Origin: Octopus vulgaris
Taxonomy: Eukaryota
NCBI GenBank assembly: GCA_951406725.2
Contig: OX597815.1
Location: forward strand, 62,682,001 to 62,746,000
Length of the DNA: 64,000 nucleotides
Direction of reading: 5' to 3'
Part shown: positions 55,262 to 64,000 of the stretch, in pieces
Layout of the letters: every line of letters starts with the position of its first letter
Position numbering within the stretch: position 1 is the first letter of the stretch
Position numbers and translations under genes: made by a program
Notes under the pieces: model-generated
Database searches by the model: none
Told to the model about the DNA's origin: nothing
The model's input: the letters and a program-made list of their open reading frames with translations, nothing else

Positions 55262-55625
55262 AATCCTTTCTACTGTAGGCACAAAGCCTGAAATTTAAGG
55301 GTAGGGGGACTAGTCGATTCCATCGACCCCAGTACTCTGCTGGTGCTTTTATTGACTCCGAAAGGATGAAAGGCAAAGTCGAACTCGGCGGCATTTGAAC
55401 TCAGAACGTAAAGACGGACGAAATATCGCTAAACATTTTGCTCGGCTCGGCGGTTATAGGGGACCATTGACCCTAGTACTTGACTGGTATTTTAGCTTAG
55501 TGAACCCTCGAGGGATAAAGGGTTAAATTGTTCTTGGCTGACTTTGAACTCAGAACATAAAGTGCAGGAAGAAATACTACAGAGAATTTTGTCCGACACA
55601 CCGAGAACCCAGCCAGTTCACTGCC
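55262..55625 (-). mobile_element. Two tandem SINE family B copies
   Basis: Reverse complement of the 41400-41600 unit, occurring twice. Confidence 0.75.
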
Positions 55626-55626
55626 T

Positions 55627-55670
<44 letters not shown>

Positions 55671-55744
55671 ATGAGTATGATGATGATGATGTCTATCAGG
55701 GAACCAGCTCTAGTGGAACTCACCGTCCTTCTTCTTTGAAAGAC

Positions 55745-56080
55745 TGAAAGACGTGGGCTACTGCGAAAAGAGAAGAGAATCAACTAGATACGACACAAAG
55801 GGCCATGCCAAGATCTATGCTAGGAATACGATTGCCAGAGCATGTCGGATACGAGTTGATTCGAGAACGAAGTAAGTGAATGGCGTGATCGAAGAATACC
55901 GAGCGTAAAAATTCCACATGTTCCAAGAGATCGGAGAACGATATACGGAAGAGTACCATAGCGATAGAAAGACGATTTAGTTGGGCCAAGATCGAAAAGA
56001 AGAGCGCATTAAAGAAAGAAATGAAAGCACATTCTGACCTATGATTTATAGCGACATCTACTTGTCAGGTCGTTACAGGT
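55745..56080 (+). pseudogene. RTE-1-like LINE 3' coding remnant
   Basis: Translates TWATAKREENQLDTTQRAMPRSMLGIRLPEHV, resembling the RTE motif ETW...QRAMER.MLG. Confidence 0.65.
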
Positions 56081-56491
56081 GACACGGGTGATATATAAAC
56101 GCATGATCACACATTCATACTTTGAAAAACATGTTCAAATAGACTTTATACGTAAAAAGAGTCTAAATGAAATTAGTGTTTGATTTAATTAACTAGATAA
56201 AGTGTTTGCTTATAATTTTTAGACGCAAATGATGGTCATACATTCGACATGTGTTTGGTCTTTGTGTCCGATTACTGCCGAATACTTGCTAGTCATAAAA
56301 TACATTTTTAAAGCTACAGCTAGTGTCTGAAATACTGCGATCTTCCACTTACAAATGCTTGCCTGCCCTACCTGCTCAAAATTAAACCATCAGTAACAAC
56401 GTAAGTCGATTTAGAAAGAAGGGAACATGAGATGTAACATTTATGCAATTTATAAATCAATTTGGTATGTTACTAAACAACAACAACATCA

Positions 56492-56566
<75 letters not shown>

Positions 56567-56807
56567 GACCACTGCCATCACACTACCATCAATACCTTTC
56601 TTGCTACAGCTATAGCTACCATCAGCATCCTCACCCTACTAACACCATCACTACTACCACCACCACTACCATAAACCACTAACACTACCAGAGAGCCACT
56701 CGTGTGTCACGCATCTTCCTAGAAAAACAACCAACTTCTTTACTATTGCTCTTGAAGATTGCACAAAACAACATAGTCAAACACACACACACGCACATGC
56801 ACATACG

Positions 56808-56839
<32 letters not shown>

Positions 56840-56918
56840 AACACACACATATTTAATTTCATTTACGGGCAACGTTTTGAATATGCATATAAATGTTTCT
56901 GTTTTATTATGCCAACTA

Positions 56919-56971
56919 CGGCCTGATGAGGCCAACTGGTGATACCAGTCTTTTGGGACAGAGCTGTACCG
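56919..56971 (+). ncRNA. Degenerate hammerhead-like motif
   Basis: CGGC-CTGATGA-G..ACTGG-tgata-CCAGT..GGGA(for GAAA)-CAG-AG-CTG-TA-CCG. Confidence 0.35.
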
Positions 56972-57386
56972 ACATAATGTAGAATAAATATAGTAATAGA
57001 TAATAAACTTTGGATGGAATTTATGAATATTTTAAAGCATCGCTACACGCATTTCCATAAATTACATATTTCTTATGATCATAGTCCGTATTCCTGAGAT
57101 GTGCAGTCCGTAGTATCCATGGACATCGAGTAGATCATGTTCATTCATTCATTTCTTCAGAAGAAGTAGCATTAATGGATGTTTCACTGAGGGCTGTTTA
57201 TCAATTTTGACCAATGAACAGGTTGATTGGGGTGTGTGGGCATTCCTGTCGGTATTTGGTGGAGAGGAGTGGAAGGTGATGGAAAGGGAGGAAGGAATGG
57301 TAGCTATAATGAGGTGGTGGTGTGCGTGGTGATGTCGGACTTGAATTGCTATTTGAGTATGCAGATGGCAGGATGGGTAGAATATC

Positions 57387-57590
57387 AGGTGAGCTGGTTG
57401 AATTCCCCCAGCACGCCGGAAAACAATGCTTAGTGACATTTTTTTACGTTCTGAGTTCAAATTCCGTGAAAGTTGACATTGCCTATCGTTCTTTTATAGT
57501 CGGTAAAATAAGTACCAGCTGAATACTGGGGTCAATGTAATCAACTAACCTTCTCCCCCAGATTTCAAGCCCTGCACCTTTACAAGAAAG
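57387..57590 (+). mobile_element. SINE family B copy
   Basis: GGTGAGCTGG...TTACGTTCTGAGTTCAAATTCCG...TAAGTACCAG...TACTGGGGTC. Confidence 0.8.
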
Positions 57591-58339
57591 TATGTAGCGA
57601 TATATGCCCGTTAAGAAACATCATGGTCGCGATTGAAAAGCCTACGATCATAGGTCTACTCAATCAGAGCCGACCTAGGACTATACAAATATAATAGAAA
57701 TAAACTACAACCACGTACAAACAACCACCACAGTAACAAAAACAACAACTGCTGCTGCTGCTGTCGCTATTTCCTGAAGAATGTCCTAGCGTTATATATA
57801 TTATATCTTCCTGTCAGCCTGAGCACTGACTTCCTGTCTTCTCCCATCTGTCTGTTTGTCATTCACTAGTAGATCTCTCACTTCTTCTGTACGTCTCTGT
57901 CTCTCTCTGTTGTCTGTCTGTCTCTCTCTCTCTCACTCTGTCTCACTCACTCTCTTCCTCTTTCTCGGTATGCCCACACACACACGTATATACATATATA
58001 TACGCGTGTGTGTGCGTACGCGCGTGTTTGCATGTTTGTACATATATATATGTATATGCCTATATGTATATACATATTCACACGCACACACACGCGCGCG
58101 CACTCACGCGCACTCACGCGCACTCACGCGCTCATAACGTACATTTTGGTTATATAATATTCATAAAGAATCGTAGTACATCAATGTGAAGTATGGCATT
58201 GAATGGCTGGTCAAAATTACGCTGAGCAGACAGCTAAGTAATTCAATATCAATGCAGAAAGCATCGATAAAGAACTGCATAATGCTTACATTTAATAATG
58301 AGACTTAGCGAAACAATTGCCCCAAAAGTTAAATTTGCT

Positions 58340-58409
<70 letters not shown>

Positions 58410-59369
58410 AGTCACATACGATTAAACTTTTACGCACATACATAAATACACAGGCAAGTAAATATATATAGGCATATATATGTATATATACACATGCATG
58501 CATTCAGATGTAGATGTGTACATACATACATACATACATACCTACATACATATATACATACATAGAGGTCACATCTCGCAAGAGCAGGAGGTATCTATGT
58601 AATATGAAGAAATGGTACACCGTAGCACTAAATATCCGAAGAGGCAACAGCAAATGTCATTCAGTTTTAGATGACATAACACATACAATCAGCTGCACCT
58701 GAAAAATATTCTCGAGATTCTGCCCGCCTCTAGAACATCAGATTGTTACCAAAGCAATATTGCAATGCTATCTGTAGAAAAGATTGCTCTGAGATAAATA
58801 TAAAGAACTCCTCTGTTATAGAATACATACGTATGAGCATAAGGAATAGTAGTGGATCACTGCCATCAAAGCGACTACTAAGTGCAAATGTGTACAAATC
58901 TGACAAAGTTATGCGGGAGAGAAAAGAAGTTATAAACAGTCATAGACGTTAGCTATCGTGCAAATGTAAACCTTTCTTCTAAAATCATTGAGAACGAGAA
59001 TATTTATGGACAACTGCTTTGAAAACTAACATTCCACTAACCTGATTATAAATATTCATTGATATTAAAAAGTTGCTGGTGAACCCGGTTACGTTAGTGA
59101 ATATTTACGTGACAGTCTAGAGAAGGTGGAGTTTTCAAGCAACGGAAGAGACCAGATAACGCGACCATTGCAATCTAAAAGTGGAACAGTATAAAAATGC
59201 AAATCTTTCTTAAAGCTCCATAAGTAACAATTATTTTTGTTGTAATAAAAATACCAATAAATTTTCTTTCTTGTTAGAAACTACTTTCTTCCTTCTGGGA
59301 AAAGAGAAGGTACACATGCACACACGAAAATAGCATAAACATCCACGCACACATACACACACGTATGTA

Positions 59370-60078
59370 CGAAGGGGCGTCCAAGAGAAACCGGAATTTT
59401 GCAGTATTATTTTATTCAGTTTGTTTTAGATATTTACACTTTTATCGCCTTCAAAGTATTCTCAATTTGAAGCATTGCATCGGTCCAGGCGCGTTTTCCA
59501 CTTTTCGAAGTAGTGCTGGAACTCTTGCGAAATGATGCTTTTTAACGGCTCCATCATTTTTTCTTTACCTCATCCATATCTGACAATTCCATAGCACCAG
59601 TTTTCGTCAACTGTGATGACCTTCGAAAAAGTTCCAGATCAACTTCCAACTGTTCCTTCAGTTGACGACACGCATTCAATCGTGACTGCTTTTGATCTTC
59701 CGTGAGCAAAAGAGGCACAAATTTTCCTTCAACTCTTGTCATTCGCAATTCCTCGCTCAAAATTCATTTGTTGGAGCTCCAGGACACACCAGTCATATCA
59801 ACAAATTCGTCAATTGTTCGGTGACGTTCTTCTAAGATCAGTTCATGAATTTTCACGATGTTTTCACTCGTTCGGGAGGTCGACGGTCGTCCTAAACGAG
59901 GTTGGTCTTCAAGCGACAAGTGACCATTTCTTAAGCGTGGAAACCACTCGTAAACTTGTGTTTTGCTCATAGCAACATCGTTGTAACCTCTCTGAAGCTT
60001 CACAAAAGTTTTGACCACCGTTTTTCCCTGCAGAAAACAGAATTTCACGAACGTACGCTTTTCTTTCGTCTCTGTTAT
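59370..60078 (-). mobile_element. mariner remnant: one TIR, N-terminal HTH region, catalytic core deleted
   Basis: TA-CGAAGGGGCGTCCAAGAGAAACCGG end; KFCFLQGKT...SKTQVYEWF...LEDQPRLGRPSTS; VPLLLTEDQK. Confidence 0.85.
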
Positions 60079-60084
60079 TGCGAA

Positions 60085-60877
60085 AATCGATGATCCAGAC
60101 CGAAGAGTGCAGTATTGCGAGTGGTACTTGGCACGATATGTAGAGGATGCACACTTTCCAACAAAGATTGTGTGGAGTGATGAGGCCACATTCAAATTAA
60201 ATAGTTGAATTAATCGCCACAATTGCACCTACTGGGGACCAGAGAATCCGCATGTTATGGTGGAACACCATGCTAATTTACCAGGCGTTACAGTGTGGTG
60301 TGGCTTATCATCAAGAGGATTAATTGGACCATTCTTTTTTGACGCTACTGTGGCTGGTCCCGTTTACTTAAACTTGCTGCAACAGTCTGTCATGCCAAGC
60401 ATTAGAGAAGACTTCGAAGGTAAGTTTTATTTTCAGCAAGATAGGACACTCCCACACTACCATCGTGATGTTATATCCTTCCTTGATGAGATCTTGCCAA
60501 ACAGATTTATTGGAAGAAGGGGTTTCGTTGAATACCCTCTGTGTTCACCAGACCTCACACCACTAGACTTTTTTATGGGGATACCAAAATCACAAAATCT
60601 ACGCAATCAAACTTACAATAGTCGCTGATTTAAAAGTAGCCATTGAACGAGAATGCACACAAATACCAAACGAATTGTTTCGTGATGTTTGCGATTCCAT
60701 TGCTTCGCGTTGTCAGCAGTGCCTGAACCAGAACGGACTTCAGTTTGAAAACAGACGTTGACAAAACAATAAAATAATGTCTGTAGATTCTCTCAAATTT
60801 TGAAAATTAAATGTATTTTAATAAACACCTACTTTACAATTATTTTGAATGTGTATACATTTTGGTGGGATACCCAG
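60085..60877 (+). mobile_element. DD41D (rosa-type) Tc1/mariner remnant, 5'-truncated
   Basis: WSDEATF, VWCG, QQD followed by 41 residues then the D of [10 protein letters not shown] (counted by hand); end GTGTATACATTTTGGTGGGATACCCAG-TA. Confidence 0.85.
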
Positions 60878-61008
<131 letters not shown>

Positions 61009-61010
61009 AC

Positions 61011-61150
61011 ATGACTGGCTTCTTTCAGTTTCCGTCTACCAAATCCACTCCGAAGGATTTAGTTGGCCTGAGGCTGCAGTAGAGGACATTGCGCAAGATG
61101 CTACATAGTGGAACTGAATCTCAAACTATGTGCAGTCTTCCTACCACACA
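61011..61150 (-). mobile_element. SINE family A head fragment
   Basis: GGCTTCTTTCAGTTTCCGTCTACCAAATCCACTC... Confidence 0.75.
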
Positions 61151-62029
61151 TCTGTGTGTGAGTGAGTGTGTGTGTGTATGTGTGTGTGTGAGTGTGTGTG
61201 TGTGTGCGCGTGTATTTATATATATATGTATACACATGTGTATTTGTCTATGTATGCATGTACGTTTGTATGTATGCACTATGTAAGCATGTATGTGTAT
61301 AGACATTTAGACATGTGTACCGACACGGCTCATTGCATGCGTTGATCTGTATGTTTCATGTTATATTCATGTACACATACAAACGTTTCCATGTTTACAC
61401 GTGTGTATATACGCTTATTAAATACTTCTGGAGAATATGTTTTATATATTTTCACAGTACTTTTGATGTAGCTGTAATCTCTCAATTAGCCGTGTCCTTT
61501 CTGCTGATGTGAAACCCAACTTTTCAAGATAGGTACTGAGGCAGTTAGTCACGTGCCCGAGTTCGCTACGTGCAGTTACAACACCTGGAATATAGGTTCA
61601 GATAACCCAGGTGAACTAACTAAAGATTACCAGTTCGTCGACGTTTACTTTTTCACTAACCATTGATATTACGTCAACATCTGACGAGCAACTTATTTTC
61701 ACTATTGTACACGATTTCTTTTCCGTGTCCCCGAATGTATAGTCTGTAGTACTTGTAGTACTAAGGTCTTGACAAGGACTTTTCACTAATATACCATCAC
61801 ATTATGAATGATTATGACTTATGCCTTATCTGTTCATTCTTAATACGTACCAGCAGATTCAATATTTTGTCTTTGAAGAACAACTTCTTTTAGAAAAATA
61901 TATGTTCATAACACGTGATTCATTGAAGCAAGAAGAGTTCGGGATATCTCAGTGTTTCGACCTTATTGCGTGTCTCCGTATTCAAAGCTACCGAACCTGG
62001 TCAATGTTTCTAACAAGAGCGTGAGATGT

Positions 62030-62243
62030 TCTCTTTACTCTTTTACTTGTTTTCAGTCATTTTCATGCTGGAGCACCGCCTTTAGTCGAGCAAATCGACC
62101 CCGGTACTTATTCTTTGTAAGCCCAGTACTTATTCTATCGGTCTCTTTTGCCGAACCGCTAAGTGACGGGGACGTAAACACACCAGCATCGGTTGTCAAG
62201 CAATGCTAGAGGGACAAACACAGACACACAAACACATAAACAC

Positions 62244-62329
<86 letters not shown>

Positions 62330-62504
62330 ATACATATATACGACAGGCTTCTTTCAGTTTCCGTCTACCAAATCCACTCACAAGGCTTTGGTCGGCCCGA
62401 GGCTATAGCAGAAGACACTTGCCCAAGATACCACGCAGTGGGACTGAACCCGGAACCATGTGGTTGGTTAGCAAGCTACTTACCACACAGCCACTCCTAC
62501 GCCT
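62030..62504 (-). mobile_element. SINE family A, full-length young copy
   Basis: Near-identical to the reverse complement of 863-1297. Confidence 0.92.
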
Positions 62505-64000
62505 ATATTATCATGCTGTTTATAGTAATCAACAAATTATTTGCTACTGCGTGCTGATGTCCGTTAATCATGATAATTTATGAGGTGGACGCAAAAAAGC
62601 GACAGCCCAAACAATAACGAACCTATTCTCAAAACATTCTGTTATGAACACATTATCTAAAGGGAGGAGATATTCTCTGATGACGAAATACAACAGCGAT
62701 CAGTATGTTAACGTTCGAATCTACCAGAGCATATTGCGAATGAATTCTCCCCTTTTGCATGCACCTAACATTTCTGTAAATTGCATTTCTCATTGTTAAT
62801 TAAATCGCAATGACATTTTCGGACATCTACTTATGATGTGAGCGATATCTTAAGTACTAATCATGAGTTTTCTATATTAATGTTTTTGGCCTATGCCTCT
62901 ATCCTGTTTTCATCAGATATTTCTTGTTTATATTATGTAATGTAAAACTTTTCCTTCAAAAGCCGCTCTCACCTTAAAGCTCTATGACATCATTGTCATG
63001 TTTGGCCTTCATCTGATATATATTCGGGTTTTCGTTTGATGACCTCCTGCAGTAGCTGTGCAACTCTTTTGCTCGTGTTTCCTGGTCAACGAGGTTGGGC
63101 ATACTTTGCGATCAGCTTCTTACCAATTCTCATGTTATCTGCCTCAAACATGAGAAGCTCTAAACGTCCGTTGATACGTGGCGGTTAAGTAAATGTTCTC
63201 AGTGCAATATGATGTATCATTCAAAAAAGCCATTACAATCTATAATAAGTCACTGCCTCGTTCTTTTCCTTTTAACTAAATTTTGATTATATCACTGTCG
63301 ATATGGTAATCGCTGGTGTTTATAGTTTTAGTATTTTAACATGAATAACCCGGTACTCTTCTAACTCTCAATCCAGTATCCAAAACGTTAGTATGTGAAA
63401 TAGTCCAGCATGTATTGTTTTATTGCACGCAATGAGTTACGACAGTGTCGTTTTTATTTGGTTCTCGTTCCTTATTACAAGTCACATTACAGGTTAGATT
63501 TTTTATCCATCTCTCATCAGATATAGAAGAAACAGTCATGCGGTTGTTGAAACACTGCAAGACTGGTTTATAAATCTTCCCCTTTTCACAAACGAATAAG
63601 AACGATTATTCTGATGAAACTCCTCTCCATATCCTTTAAGAATGTCATTACCAAGTTAAGAATGATTTTCATGCCATTCACATTTTGTTCCTCTGTCTAT
63701 CTGTAAATATATAAATTTGAAAGTAAGTAAGAATGTAGGTGTATATTTGTATGTATATACTTGATGTTATATTTCTTATAAAATATTTGAATTAATTCCT
63801 ATGAAAAAGGAGCTAGTTAGATATAAAAATTCATAGCGCCATTTCTAAAATTTATACAACGGTGAAAAGTTATATATTGAATACTAGTATTTATAAACTG
63901 TATATATAAAGTAAATATTAGCTAATTCTTTTTTTTTTTCATCTCAAATCCTTTATGAGTTTGGTTTCTAACATGACCATGGAAGTACCAATAATTATAA

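Noticed and set aside
62677-62695. CTGATGACGAAA
   Set aside because: No stem II, III or I; the same applies to CTGATGAAAC at 63611

Overview
Gene-free, AT-rich, microsatellite-saturated eukaryotic DNA. The SINE families and repeat landscape look like an octopus (cephalopod) genome; that is inferred, not verified. No host protein-coding exon is supported, and almost all short ORFs in the track are microsatellite translations. Recognisable content: a decayed CR1/L2-group LINE, a near-intact IR/DR Tc1 element, mariner and DD41D (rosa-type) remnants, RTE and L1/Tx1 fragments, a Penelope-like (PLE) GIY-YIG fragment, Helitron-like and hAT-like non-autonomous elements, and over 20 tRNA-derived SINE copies or fragments. 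The main signal the ORF track misses is a set of short non-coding elements, mostly in (TA)n tracts, carrying type I hammerhead ribozyme (HHR) motifs with a palindromic minimal stem III and variant cores. I count about 6 clear and 3-4 degenerate motifs from several unrelated sequence families. Three of these elements are long fold-backs (381-735, 13216-13878, 32357-32760). They look like non-autonomous, microsatellite-targeting PLE pLTR/retrozyme-like elements. All calls were made by eye, and many boundaries are approximate.
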